DNA of 64,000 nt from a bacterium (GCA_963675295.2 CAXXKJ010000001.1:114791-178790), one strand, 5' to 3'; numbered from the stretch's first letter, positions 37,001 to 45,991 are shown. The notes: generated from the sequence alone by a model not told the origin. Numbers and translations: made by a program.

Positions 37001-37015
37001 GGTGAACGAGCGCAT
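34001..37015 (-). CDS. T9SS cargo: BNR/Asp-box repeat (sortilin/VPS10- or GH74-like) double beta-propeller + Ig-like domain + T9SS CTD
   Basis: At least 8 SxDxGxTW-type boxes (TEDAGATW, TEDGGDTW, STDGGDTW, SDNGGDTW, SLDGGASW, TQNGGSNW, SDNLGATW...). C-terminus AYPNPFNAMTT...SGAYFIHASV..QKVMLVR. Confidence 0.85.
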   Translation of the reverse strand: MRSFTHPVTAFFLASVLLLLIWFVPQPTERAPYLMTPALMQDMKAELRGPVKEPNDWFMAQRVGPDGTLNMDAVRAGRERANVMRQQVSPLEETWLFEGPTNIGGRITALAVHPSNPGVVYAGGAVGGVFKSYDYGMNFTPIFDEDYAQSAGALAMDPNDPNRIWFGTGEANASGDSYPGVGIYLTEDAGATWTYKGLPESYHIGRIVVDPTDSDRIFVAVAGKLFGTNTERGVYRTEDGGDTWELVHYINETTGCIDIEINELNPDIVYAVMWERYRTPSTREVAGDDSGVWRSTDGGDTWQQLTNGIPSNDPNLGRGALAISPDNPDRLYLFHSGTPYPGSSSTPYYGSWRSDNGGDTWTSIDIGGYDDNLYSTFGWYFGESIVEPGNPNVIYVAGVDVIRSLDGGASWSTEFDNAHADHHAFWIDPNNPSHVTSGHDGGLDRSTNRGSTSTEFNSLGATQFYAICHDPSHPERLFGGTQDNGTMRTVNGGTGDWDRIYGGDGFYCLVDPRDNGYAYAESQNGNMARSTNGGASFYGISEWWSDRCNWMSPFCFDPFNYDRLYFGSYRVYRTNNRGSDWNTISGDLTDGDDPGSLTFGTITTIAASAVQPNYIVVGTDDANVWVTQNGGSNWTRIDSALPEMWVSRVAFHPTEPNTIFCTFSGHRVSDPTPHVYRSDNLGATWYSVSGTGAGELPEGPVNDIIIDPDDPSRYYVGTDFGVFFTTNEGDTWAALGQGLPMSAVFDIEFIASERRLVAGTHGRSMYSIALGNPSPVTFNVTPTSSTTIPASGGTLVYTVSLQSSLAQSYPGVDFWTSVELQNGNVFGPLFHQTFTMTPFFNATVTGLTQEIPSNAPAGTHEFRAHLGLNVNNPLFTESFSFTKLSNGTDAAGMVYADWPAGGGSWIADEQTDAAVPTGFVMHEAYPNPFNAMTTVRVSLPEASDLTVTVVNTLGQTVARLVDGYTQAGTHELAFDATNFASGAYFIHASVPGQLNQTQKVMLVR

Positions 37016-37215
37016 GTGTCAGCTCCAACAGTTTGAGTTTCAGATCCAGGTGGCAGACGCACTCATGCCAATGTTTCAAGGTCATCTGGAATATAGGCGG
37101 CAGCATTCAGGGATTGTGCAGAATGGCTCAAGAAGTCGAAAAATCATCAAGGTGCGTGCCTCCACCTCTTCGCCCGTCATAGACTGACTGATTCCTGCCT
37201 CACTGTCCCAAGTCT

Positions 37216-38997
37216 TCATCTCACCAGCATCACTTTCTGCGTCTGGTCGAGCTGGCCGGGAACGCTTGCGTGAATGAAATACAGGCCGCTTGTCAAGGAC
37301 GATCCATCAAACACCATTGTGTGCCTGCCAGACTGGTGTAGACCGGACGAAAGCGCCGCAACCCGTTGGCCGGCAATGTTATACACTGTCACAGTCAGCT
37401 CGGCGGCTTCCGGCAACATGACGGTTAGCGTCGTCGTCGGATTGAACGGATTCGGCGAGGCGGGGCAGAAAGCGTAGTCCTGGACCTGATCCGCTGACTC
37501 GCCGGATTCCTGCTGCCCCGCAAGATCGTCACCAATCGCCCGGATGATGTTCTGTCCATCCGGGGAAACATGATTTCTCAGACGGAAGGTCGCGGATTCG
37601 ATCGCATGAATCGGGTAGGTGCCAGCCTGAACCGTGACATAGTACACCCCCGCCGGAGCGTCATCGGGAATCGTCCATGTGTCCGACACACTCGCCACGT
37701 GTTCGCCGGGAATCAGCTCCACTGAACGCAGGTTCACTGTGTCGATCTGAACCAGTCCCGGATAGCGGATCACGGTCCACAGATCAACGATGGTGTTGAA
37801 GTTCATTCGGTTGGATATGCTGGTGCGGTACTGGATGGTGCGCTCGAGATTGCCGGAAAAATAGGCTTCCTGTTGAACCCCCATCTCGATGGGATCTCCC
37901 TCGACCCATTCCCAGAAGACACACTCGCCCTCGGTGTTCCCGGCGACAAGGACATCCCAGTCGCCATCGCCGTCCATGTCCGTGGCGTCAACGTGCATCG
38001 GTCCCGGATACGCGCGGGCGATGTAGCGCTTGGTCCAGTTATTGTTGCCCAGATTCTCATACCAGCAGACGTAATCCTGCTGGAAGGAGTTGGCGACAAT
38101 GTCCATGTCGCCATCGAAATCCATATCCACCGCATCCAGGCTGCGTGGATAGATGATGTCACCATCGATCAGGTGCGGGTTCCAGCCGTTGCCCTGGCCG
38201 TCGTTTTCCCACCAGATAATCATGTCGGCGTAGCGCCCGGCGCTTACAATGTCGCAGTCGCCATCGTTGTCGATGTCGACACCGATTGCCGCACGCGACC
38301 CCTCCCAGTTTTCCGCGACGAGGTGTTCGACCCAGCCGTCCGCCGTCTGTTCGAACCAGCCGACCCTGTCAATCGAGCCGGATGAACCGATGAAATCAAG
38401 GTCGCCGTCGAGGTCGATGTCGGCGGGGTACACCCAACGCGCGCCGTTGATGGTGGCGACAATCTGGTTGTCGAAGTGTCCCGCGCCGTCGTTGATCGAA
38501 AGCGTGAACGCCTCGAGGCCGGCCGAGGCGCCAAGGACGTCGTTGTCGCCGTCTGCGTCGATGTCAACCGCATAAACACCCTTGGCGAGGGGCATGTCCA
38601 TCAGCAGGTGACGCGACCAGGGGTCGGTGCCACGATTTTCCCACCAGGCGAGTTGATTTGCGACAATCGCCGTCGCGAGGATGTCGCCGTCGCCGTCACC
38701 GTCAATATCGGCGGCATGAATCTGCCAGCCACCGGTAAAGCTGCTGTCGATAACGTGCATGGCGAAGGACGTTCCCAAGTTCTCGAACCAGGCCACCCTT
38801 CCGTCCAAACGGCTGACACACATCGCATCCATGTCGCCGTCAACGTCCAGGTCCATGGAATACACGCCGCGTACGCTATCGAATCCTTCGCCCAGCCGGT
38901 GAAAAATCCAGGCGGCATCAGCTGTCAACGTGGAGAGCACCAGGACAACGAGGAGAACAGCGATACGTAGCCCATCTGATTTCGATTCGTACTGCAT
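37216..38997 (-). CDS. T9SS cargo: FG-GAP/VCBS-type beta-propeller + Ig-like domain + T9SS CTD
   Basis: Seven D.D.DGD.D calcium-loop repeats (DLDVDGDMD, DIDGDGDGD, DIDADGDND...). C-terminus SPNPFNPTTT...SGLYFIHASV..QKVMLVR. Confidence 0.85.
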   Translation of the reverse strand: MQYESKSDGLRIAVLLVVLVLSTLTADAAWIFHRLGEGFDSVRGVYSMDLDVDGDMDAMCVSRLDGRVAWFENLGTSFAMHVIDSSFTGGWQIHAADIDGDGDGDILATAIVANQLAWWENRGTDPWSRHLLMDMPLAKGVYAVDIDADGDNDVLGASAGLEAFTLSINDGAGHFDNQIVATINGARWVYPADIDLDGDLDFIGSSGSIDRVGWFEQTADGWVEHLVAENWEGSRAAIGVDIDNDGDCDIVSAGRYADMIIWWENDGQGNGWNPHLIDGDIIYPRSLDAVDMDFDGDMDIVANSFQQDYVCWYENLGNNNWTKRYIARAYPGPMHVDATDMDGDGDWDVLVAGNTEGECVFWEWVEGDPIEMGVQQEAYFSGNLERTIQYRTSISNRMNFNTIVDLWTVIRYPGLVQIDTVNLRSVELIPGEHVASVSDTWTIPDDAPAGVYYVTVQAGTYPIHAIESATFRLRNHVSPDGQNIIRAIGDDLAGQQESGESADQVQDYAFCPASPNPFNPTTTLTVMLPEAAELTVTVYNIAGQRVAALSSGLHQSGRHTMVFDGSSLTSGLYFIHASVPGQLDQTQKVMLVR

Positions 38998-39367
38998 ACC
39001 AACCTCATTTCAAACGTGATACCATTCGATGCTTCAGACAAGCGTTCCGCAGCCGCATATGCCAGACCAGCAACCGCCGGAACCAGGCATCTGTAATCGT
39101 ACTTGCCGTGATTGGGGGAACGGCAACAATACGTTGCAATATCGGTTGATGTCATATGGAAAACGAGGACTGCCGGCGATTTTGTAAAATTTCTCAGAGC
39201 CCAACCGTCTCCACTATACTGCAAAAGGCGACGCCAAGACCGAAGTAATTTCTTTTCAAACATTTAGAATGTGTTTTGCCTCCGATCCATTGCATCGAAA
39301 CAGTTATGCTGACAGGATTCAGCGTGTTGGTTGACTCACATCCTCTTCACACAAATGCCCCATTCAC

Positions 39368-39442
39368 ACAGAAAACGGGAGCCAGCGTTTCGCTGACTCC
39401 CGTCTATTTCCGTACCCCCGACAGGACTTGAACCTGTTGCCT
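39368..39442 (-). repeat. direct repeat copy 1: truncated tRNA-Arg 3' part (variable loop, T-arm, acceptor 3' strand) plus downstream hairpin
   Basis: 72/75 identical to 44095-44169. Weaker similarity continues about 18 nt into a degenerate anticodon arm. No D-arm or 5' acceptor strand, so it is not a functional tRNA. Confidence 0.8.
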
Positions 39443-39595
39443 TCGGATCAGAAATCCTGAACAGCACAAAACACACAACAAGCAACAAGCGGTAACAGCA
39501 GGGATAATCGTTAGATAGCCGTTTTTCTCCAGCTCTGAGTTGTTGTGACTTGCAGGCCATTCTTGAGGACACTGCACCACGAGTGCCCCACAGGA

Positions 39596-41740
39596 TCACC
39601 TCACCAGCATCACCTTCTGCACCTGGTCCAGATGACCGGGGACAGTGGCGCGGATGAAGTACAAGCCGCTCGCAAGATTTGATGCTTGGAGAGTTATCCG
39701 GTGTTCCCCGGCAGAGTGCCGTCCATGTGCCAGAGTAGTCACTTCCCGCCCGAGCACGTTATAGACCGTAGCTGCGAGCTCTGCGGATTCGGGTAAGGTC
39801 ACCGTAAACGAGGTGCTGGCGTTGAACGGGTTTGGGTACGCGGAGGAGACGCTGAACTCAGTGGGGAGCGGTTCCTGAGTGGCTACCTGCGCACCGGTTG
39901 TTTCCCATGCTTCGTTGCGCCAGTCTTCTACGTTCCATTCGGACTGAGGGACGGAAACTGTGTTTGTTCCCGCCAGCTTTTCAAACTCGAAGCTGTCCGT
40001 GTCAACGATCAGAGTTGGGTACGTACCGACGTGGATCTCGAAATCATAGGTTCCCGCAGGTGCAAACGCCGGCACCCAGACCGGGTACGGATCGGCGGGC
40101 GCAATTGTGCTGAATGGAGTGAGGGTGAGTTGAATTTGATCCAGGGGTCCGTAGCTGTTGCCGTTCGGCAGGATGACCTGTGTCCAGACATCACCGGTGA
40201 CCGGGTAGGGTGTGGGATTGTTCAACTCGACGAAGAACCAGAAGCCGCCGCCATAGGACGGGATCACGATCGGTTCATGGTGCGGAGTCAGAGTGACCGT
40301 CGGCGTCGATGTGATGGTAAAGGCTGAGTCGCTGACATCCTGTTCGATACCGCTGAAGGCTGTGATCCGAACACGGTAATTGTCGCCGAGCTCGAAGTCT
40401 TCCGGGATTGTGAACACAAACTCACCGTCATTTTCGGTGCCGTCCGAAATAACCGCCGCGACAAACGCCCCATCCAGCAGTTCAAGCAGCATTTCTTCGT
40501 TCGGTCCGTTCTGCCATTCGATCGTGTGCGTGGTTCCGACACGCCAGGATTCGCCACCGTTTGGAGACTGGATATGCAAGTCGAGACGGTCGTATCGCGC
40601 GACGTAGAGATCGTCATTGTTCAAGCCAATACGGCCGGCAACGATGATGCCATTGTCATCCGTCTGGTCAATGCCATAGCCCGATCTCGCGGTTGGATCG
40701 ACCAGGCTCCACTCTTCCTCTCCCTGGTTGTCGGTTTTCACAAGCCAGATCTGGCCGTCAATGTTGCCAGTCATGATGAATCCGCCCTCACGCGCTGCCG
40801 TCATCGCGAAGAAATAGTTGTGTTCCGGGGCGGAAAATACGCGTTCCCATTCAAGCACTCCGGCGGAGTCCGTTTTAAACAGATACCCTTCCTGGCCGTA
40901 CCCGATCTCTTCATGAACACCTGCCACTACAAATCCACCATCCGCAACCTGTACCAGTGATTTGGCCGAGTCGTATTCCGGTCCTCCGTACACCTCATGC
41001 CAGAGCTCATTTCCATCGGAATCCGTTCGGAGGAGGAAGGCGTTGTAGTCGGCGTCTCCCAACGTGGTGTTCCCACAAATGGCAAATCCACCGTCCTCCG
41101 TCTGGATCACGCAATCGCCATAGTCTCGTGTGCTCAACTCATAATTCTGCTGCCAGAGCTCCATTCCGCTTTCATCAAACTTCTTCAGCCAAAGGTGGAC
41201 GGGATTTGTCCCAAACGGGAACGTTGACCCGACCACCGCATAGCCGCCGTCGTTTGTCTGGATGACCCATTCCCCGTTGTCGTAGTCAGATCCGCCCCGG
41301 TACACATTCCATTCTTCGTTGCCGTTGGCGTCCGTTTTGATCAGCCACATGTCGGCGTTTCCGGAACCGTAGGAGTACGTCGTTCCGGTGATGATGTAGC
41401 CGCCGTCCGAGGTGAGTTCAACGTTCTCCGGCCAGTCGTGATTGGGTCCGCCGAACGTGGTCTCCCATTCTTCTTCCCCGTCCGCATCCAGCTTCAGTAA
41501 CCAGATATCGCGGTCGCCCGCGCCGATAGATTCTGTTACGCCGACAACGATGTAGCCACCATCCGGCGTTTGCCGCACGCATTCTCCCTCATCGTCTTCA
41601 ATGCCCCCGTACGTTTGAGTCCAGAGCAGATCAGGGGGTTGCGCGGAGGACACCCCCGCCAGTATCAATAGCGCCAGACCAAACCCGAGATGCTGGGATA
41701 TCTTCGTCATCCGCTGGTGGCTGCGTGTATCTGTCGTCAT
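39596..41740 (-). CDS. T9SS cargo: DGGY/W-repeat beta-propeller (SBBP-like) + Kre9/KNH-like domain + Ig-like domain + T9SS CTD
   Basis: Repeats of DGGY..(V/T)G.T.S.G.G..D.WL.K.D..G.E.W. SPNGGESWRVGTTHTIEW. C-terminus AYPNPFNASTS...SGLYFIRATV..QKVMLVR. Confidence 0.85.
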   Translation of the reverse strand: MTTDTRSHQRMTKISQHLGFGLALLILAGVSSAQPPDLLWTQTYGGIEDDEGECVRQTPDGGYIVVGVTESIGAGDRDIWLLKLDADGEEEWETTFGGPNHDWPENVELTSDGGYIITGTTYSYGSGNADMWLIKTDANGNEEWNVYRGGSDYDNGEWVIQTNDGGYAVVGSTFPFGTNPVHLWLKKFDESGMELWQQNYELSTRDYGDCVIQTEDGGFAICGNTTLGDADYNAFLLRTDSDGNELWHEVYGGPEYDSAKSLVQVADGGFVVAGVHEEIGYGQEGYLFKTDSAGVLEWERVFSAPEHNYFFAMTAAREGGFIMTGNIDGQIWLVKTDNQGEEEWSLVDPTARSGYGIDQTDDNGIIVAGRIGLNNDDLYVARYDRLDLHIQSPNGGESWRVGTTHTIEWQNGPNEEMLLELLDGAFVAAVISDGTENDGEFVFTIPEDFELGDNYRVRITAFSGIEQDVSDSAFTITSTPTVTLTPHHEPIVIPSYGGGFWFFVELNNPTPYPVTGDVWTQVILPNGNSYGPLDQIQLTLTPFSTIAPADPYPVWVPAFAPAGTYDFEIHVGTYPTLIVDTDSFEFEKLAGTNTVSVPQSEWNVEDWRNEAWETTGAQVATQEPLPTEFSVSSAYPNPFNASTSFTVTLPESAELAATVYNVLGREVTTLAHGRHSAGEHRITLQASNLASGLYFIRATVPGHLDQVQKVMLVR

Positions 41741-41767
41741 TTGTCCATCTCCTCGTTCTGATAGCGA

Positions 41768-43882
41768 TTATCTCACCAGCATCAGCTTCTGAAACTGGTT
41801 TTCCCGGCCCGCGACTTGCGTGTGGAGGAAATACAAGCCACTGCTCAGCTGTGAACCGTCGAAGGTGAATCTGTGCGTCCCCGCACGGAAGCTTCCATCC
41901 GCGAGTGCCGCCACCTTCTGTCCCATCACGTTGTACATGACCATCGTCACCTCGCCCCCGTCCGGCAGGGTGAGCTCGATCGTCGTGGCTGAGTTGAATG
42001 GATTCGGGTTGATGTGAAGGAGTTCGTGGGGTGCATCCAGATCTACTTCCGCGCCTGGTTGCGTCGGATACTCACCGACCGGTTGCGACCAGTCGGAGAG
42101 ATTCCAGCTTTCCCGTGGTTTTACATCGATGTCATCAGCGTTGAGCTTTTCGAACGAGAAGCTGTCCGAGGCAAGGACCCTCGATGGAAAGATCCCGGCG
42201 TTGGCGATAAACTGGTAGGTCCCAGCCGGTGCATAGGACGGGACCCATTGCGCAAACGGCTGCACTGGTGACCACGTAGAATTTCCCGGAACCGTAATCG
42301 TGCTCAACGACAATGGACCGTACAGCGCACCATTGGGCAGCTCAACCTCTGTCCAGAATTGCCCGGTTGCGGAGGCGGATGATGGGTTGAACACCTCAGC
42401 CCAGTAAAAGAAACCATCACCGTCCGGAGTGATCGTGACAGGGGGATCATACGGTGTCAGGGTGAGGCTGGGCAGCGACGCGACGCTGAACGGGGCATCG
42501 CTGACATCCTGCTCACTCCCCGACAACAGGGTGAGACGTATCCGGTAATTGTCTCCGAGGGGAATGTCGTTGCTGATCGTCCAGTCATACTCACCATCGT
42601 TCTCAGTGCCGACGGAAATCACCTCGATGACGATTGGTCCCTCGATCAACTCGATGTACACCAGCTCCTGCGCACCCGGTACCCAACGAAGAGTCTGGGT
42701 CGTGTTACGGCGCCACGTTTCACCGCCATTGGGCGAAACGACACGCAATGGGAAAGGCTCGTCCAACCCCCACCAGACGATGTCGTCGCCAAAATATGCC
42801 CCGCTGAGGATGTCCTGCATACCGTCGCCGTCAATATCCGCGGGGACAACATACCAGGGATCATCGAAGGAATCGTCCACGATGTGTTCCACCCAGCTCA
42901 GCCCGTCACCGTCGCTGTTTTCCCACCAGGCGATAGTGTTTGCCTCGCGAGCGGCACCGAGGACGTCGATGTCGCCATCCAGATCCATATCCTGGCCATA
43001 CACGCAGTGCGCGCCGTAGAAATATCCGCTGAGTGGATGTTCGGCCCACTCGGTGCCGTTCCCATCCACATTTTCCCACCATAGCAGCAGATTGTCAACG
43101 CGGGCTGCGCCGAGTATGTCAAGATCGCCGTCCCCATCCACATCGGCGGCGTTCGCATTGATTGCGCCGTTGGCGTCGCCCACGACCAGGTGTTCTTCCC
43201 AGCTCGAGCCATCGCCGTTCACATTTTCCCACCAGGAAATGTCGTCAGCGTCGTAGGCCGCGCCAACGACATCCAGATCGCCGTCCTCGTCCATGTCGAC
43301 CGTGCTGACGTTAAACGCACCATCAAACTGGTCGTCGATGGCATGTTGCGTCCAGACAAGACCGGTACCCTCGGCATTCTCCCACCACGTGATGTCGTTG
43401 TCGTCCCGTGCAGCACCGAGCACGTCATCGTCGCCGTCACCGTCCACATCAGCAACGCAGACACAGGAGACGGCGTCAAATCCACTCGCTATCTGGTGTT
43501 CGTCCCATTGAGGAGGTCCGAAATCCAACGTTTCCCACCAGGAGATGGTGTTGGTGTCGTACGCGGATCCGACGACGTCCATATCCCCATCTCCATCCAG
43601 ATCCCCGCCATAGACACTTGACGCGCCCGGGAAATTGTTGTCCAGCACATATTCAGACCATGACGATCCAGCTCCGTTGTTGCGCCAGTACGTGATATGC
43701 CCTTCGTACCCGGGACGCGCGCCCGCAGCAAGAATGTCGATCTCACCATCGCCATTCATGTCCACGGCGCAGACCGATTTTGGGCCGCGGAACGTATTTG
43801 TCACCGGGTGCTCGACCCAGGTCTGGGCCACCGCAAAAGAAGGCAGCAGCACAACCACCAACGCGAATACAATGTTTTTCAT
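41768..43882 (-). CDS. T9SS cargo: FG-GAP/VCBS-type beta-propeller + Kre9/KNH-like domain + Ig-like domain + T9SS CTD
   Basis: Repeats DMNGDGEID, DLDGDGDMD, DVDGDGDDD, DMDEDGDLD, DVDGDGDLD, DMDLDGDID, DIDGDGMQD, each with WWEN. SPNGGETWRR. C-terminus NPNPFNSATT...SGLYFLHTQV..QKLMLVR. Confidence 0.85.
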   Translation of the reverse strand: MKNIVFALVVVLLPSFAVAQTWVEHPVTNTFRGPKSVCAVDMNGDGEIDILAAGARPGYEGHITYWRNNGAGSSWSEYVLDNNFPGASSVYGGDLDGDGDMDVVGSAYDTNTISWWETLDFGPPQWDEHQIASGFDAVSCVCVADVDGDGDDDVLGAARDDNDITWWENAEGTGLVWTQHAIDDQFDGAFNVSTVDMDEDGDLDVVGAAYDADDISWWENVNGDGSSWEEHLVVGDANGAINANAADVDGDGDLDILGAARVDNLLLWWENVDGNGTEWAEHPLSGYFYGAHCVYGQDMDLDGDIDVLGAAREANTIAWWENSDGDGLSWVEHIVDDSFDDPWYVVPADIDGDGMQDILSGAYFGDDIVWWGLDEPFPLRVVSPNGGETWRRNTTQTLRWVPGAQELVYIELIEGPIVIEVISVGTENDGEYDWTISNDIPLGDNYRIRLTLLSGSEQDVSDAPFSVASLPSLTLTPYDPPVTITPDGDGFFYWAEVFNPSSASATGQFWTEVELPNGALYGPLSLSTITVPGNSTWSPVQPFAQWVPSYAPAGTYQFIANAGIFPSRVLASDSFSFEKLNADDIDVKPRESWNLSDWSQPVGEYPTQPGAEVDLDAPHELLHINPNPFNSATTIELTLPDGGEVTMVMYNVMGQKVAALADGSFRAGTHRFTFDGSQLSSGLYFLHTQVAGRENQFQKLMLVR

Positions 43883-44094
43883 GGATTGAAACCCTCATTT
43901 TTGCTCAAACATAGATCTTCTGAACGCGAATATACGAAACGTTAGCAGATCGTGCCACGCGTTGACCACATTCGTCATCGTGTAATATCGCAGATTGCCG
44001 GCGGGCAGTTGACTTGCAGGGAGCCTGCCTTCGATTGAATCAGATTATCTGTGAGACAACGACAAAGCGGACCGGTCTGCATGTCCTGACCGTA

Positions 44095-44169
44095 ACAGAG
44101 AACGGGAGCCAGCGTTTCGCTGACTCCCGTCCATTTCCGTACCCCCGACAGGACTCGAACCTGTTGCCT
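44095..44169 (-). repeat. direct repeat copy 2 (3' 30 nt of tRNA-Arg plus 45 nt downstream hairpin region)
   Basis: 72/75 identical to 39368-39442. Confidence 0.8.
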
Positions 44170-44213
44170 CAAGATTAGGAATCTTGCGCTCTATCCTGAT
44201 GAGCTACGGGGGC
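44140..44213 (-). tRNA. tRNA-Arg (anticodon CCT)
   Basis: Manual cloverleaf of the 74-nt reverse complement: GCCCCCG/TA/GCTC-ATCAGGATA-GAGC/G/CAAGA-TTCCTAA-TCTTG/AGGCA/ACAGG-TTCGAGT-CCTGT/CGGGGGT/A. G1:U72 wobble. CCA is not encoded. Confidence 0.9.
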
Positions 44214-44495
44214 AAAGCATGACGCCGCCAAGATAACAACCCATGCGGCGAATCCGAACCCTGAGTCTCGTGGCGTTCTCCCCAAATACTGTCAGCAGGC
44301 AACACCCGTCACTGGACAGTCGGGTTTCGTCTCCCTGCATCCATGACTCAGCGCTGACAACATTTTGTCCATGAAACCACGTCAGTGATTCTGCGGCTGA
44401 GCCAGGGGCCGAGTTTTTACCTGTTCCTGTTGAACCTCTGAACGCGAAAATGAACGGAGAACGCCGAACAATTCGCTGTTTGGCACCACTACTTT

Positions 44496-45572
44496 TTGCG
44501 GCAAGCTACCACAATGATTCAGGCGAAAGCGTCAACTCCGATGATTCGACACGCCGTCAGCTTCGCCGCCCGGAAACGGGTGGACATCGTGGAAGAAGAA
44601 GTCGCTTCACCCGCTGCCGGCGAAGTCCTGGTCCAGACCCGTGCCAGTCTTGTCAGTCCGGGCACGGAAATGCTGGTCTATCGCGGACAAGCGCCGTCCG
44701 AAATGCCGGTGGACGCCAAGCTGCCGGCATTCAATGGCGAACGGTTCCGCTATCCGATCAAGTATGGGTACGCCTGTGTCGGAACCGTCGTCGAGATCGG
44801 CGAATCCGTGCCGGACCAGTGGCGTGACAAAACGGTATTCACGTTTCACCCGCATGAAACCGCGTTCCTCGCCAAACTGGAAGATCTGATTCCGCTGCCG
44901 GACGGAATATCAGTCGACGACGCGCTGTTTCTCCCGTTGATGGAAACGGCGGTCAACCTGGTGCAGGACGGTGCCCCGCGACTGGGGGAAACCGTTGCCG
45001 TGACGGGTGTCGGCGTTGTCGGCCTGTTGACCACGGCGATCCTCGCCCGGATGCCGTTGTCGGGTGTGTATGCGCTCGACCTGTACCCGAAACGCCGGGA
45101 GCTGGCGCTGACCCTTGGGGCGACAGCGGTTGCTGATCCGGCGGACGAAGGGGCCGTCAACGAATTGCAGACACAGCTCCAGTCGCACAGTCCCGGTGCA
45201 GATGTCACATTCGAACTGTCCGGCGATCCGGCCGGTTTTAACCGTGCGATCAGCTTGACGGCGGATTCGGGATGCGTTGTGATCGGCTCGTGGTATGGGA
45301 CCAAGCCGGGAGACTTCAATCTCGGCGGTCGTTTCCACCGAAGCCGCATCAGGTTACTTTCAAGCCAGGTGTCTTCAATTGATCCGAAATTGCAGGGCCG
45401 GTGGACGGTGCAGCGTCGCCAGCAGGTCGCGTGGTCGATGATTCGGCAGATCCGCCCGTCGCAAGTGCTGACCCACCGCTTGCCGATCCAGGATGCGGCG
45501 CAAGCCTATGAGATGCTTGACCATTCGCCGGAAACGACGCTGGCGATTGCATTTGATCATCAGGCCGGATGA
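44496..45572 (+). CDS. zinc-type medium-chain alcohol/threonine dehydrogenase family (MDR) oxidoreductase
   Basis: GroES-like N-terminus (GEVLVQTRASLVSPGTE) and Rossmann motif VTGVGVVGLL. The start codon is uncertain (several in-frame Met). Confidence 0.8.
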   Translation: MRQATTMIQAKASTPMIRHAVSFAARKRVDIVEEEVASPAAGEVLVQTRASLVSPGTEMLVYRGQAPSEMPVDAKLPAFNGERFRYPIKYGYACVGTVVEIGESVPDQWRDKTVFTFHPHETAFLAKLEDLIPLPDGISVDDALFLPLMETAVNLVQDGAPRLGETVAVTGVGVVGLLTTAILARMPLSGVYALDLYPKRRELALTLGATAVADPADEGAVNELQTQLQSHSPGADVTFELSGDPAGFNRAISLTADSGCVVIGSWYGTKPGDFNLGGRFHRSRIRLLSSQVSSIDPKLQGRWTVQRRQQVAWSMIRQIRPSQVLTHRLPIQDAAQAYEMLDHSPETTLAIAFDHQAG

Positions 45573-45598
45573 ACAACCCGTGGAAAGGGGACTGGAAC

Positions 45599-45991
45599 AT
45601 GTATACGATTACCGTGCGTGACCGCTTTACATCGTTCCTGCGGCTGGCGCCGCCGGAGGAGTTCGACGGCTACGACATCTACCACAACTATGCCATCGAA
45701 GTCGCGGTGTCCGGCGAAGAGGTTGACGAACAGGGCTATCTGCTCAATATCGACGACCTCAGCGAAAACCTCAGCGACCTCGTTTCGGAGTGGGATGGTT
45801 CCCTGCTGAACGATTTCGAGGAATTCGAGGATGTTAATCCGACGCTCGAAACCGTCGCCCGCATCGCCTGCGAAATTCTCGCGGAAACACTTGAAGATGA
45901 AGGACTGAACGGAATCCAGGTTACAGTCTGGGAAAGCGAAATCGACCCTGCCCCGGGTCCGAGTGCAAGTTATCGAATGGATCTTGAATGA
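45599..45991 (+). CDS. 6-pyruvoyl-tetrahydropterin synthase / QueD-family protein (divergent)
   Basis: Small T-fold-like pattern HNYAIEVAVSGEEVDEQGYLLNIDDL. The canonical CxxxHGH zinc motif is not obvious. Confidence 0.6.
   Translation: MYTITVRDRFTSFLRLAPPEEFDGYDIYHNYAIEVAVSGEEVDEQGYLLNIDDLSENLSDLVSEWDGSLLNDFEEFEDVNPTLETVARIACEILAETLEDEGLNGIQVTVWESEIDPAPGPSASYRMDLE

Noticed and set aside
37151-37165. Sigma-54-like element upstream of the BNR cargo gene (minus strand AGGCACG-CACC-TTGA)
   Set aside because: The -12 element reads TTGA instead of the near-invariant TTGC. No enhancer-like palindrome lies nearby. Too weak to report as a promoter.
38925-39263. 112-aa ORF upstream of the FG-GAP cargo gene. 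Also other short ORFs in AT-rich gaps: 39336-39599, 51022-51252, 51337-51558, 56518-56790, 60871-61089.
   Set aside because: These have no RBS or recognisable motifs and show odd composition. Several overlap better-supported features such as gene starts, the tRNA-derived repeat and terminators.
39443-44139. Annotating the repeat-flanked segment as an active integrative mobile element
   Set aside because: No integrase, excisionase, transposase or conjugation gene lies between or next to the repeats. The cargo genes resemble chromosomal neighbours. Reported only as a repeat-bounded segment of uncertain origin.
44481-44499. TGGCAC ... TTGC upstream of the MDR dehydrogenase gene
   Set aside because: The spacing between the GG and GC dinucleotides is 4 nt too long for a sigma-54 promoter. 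The TTGC also overlaps the annotated ORF start.
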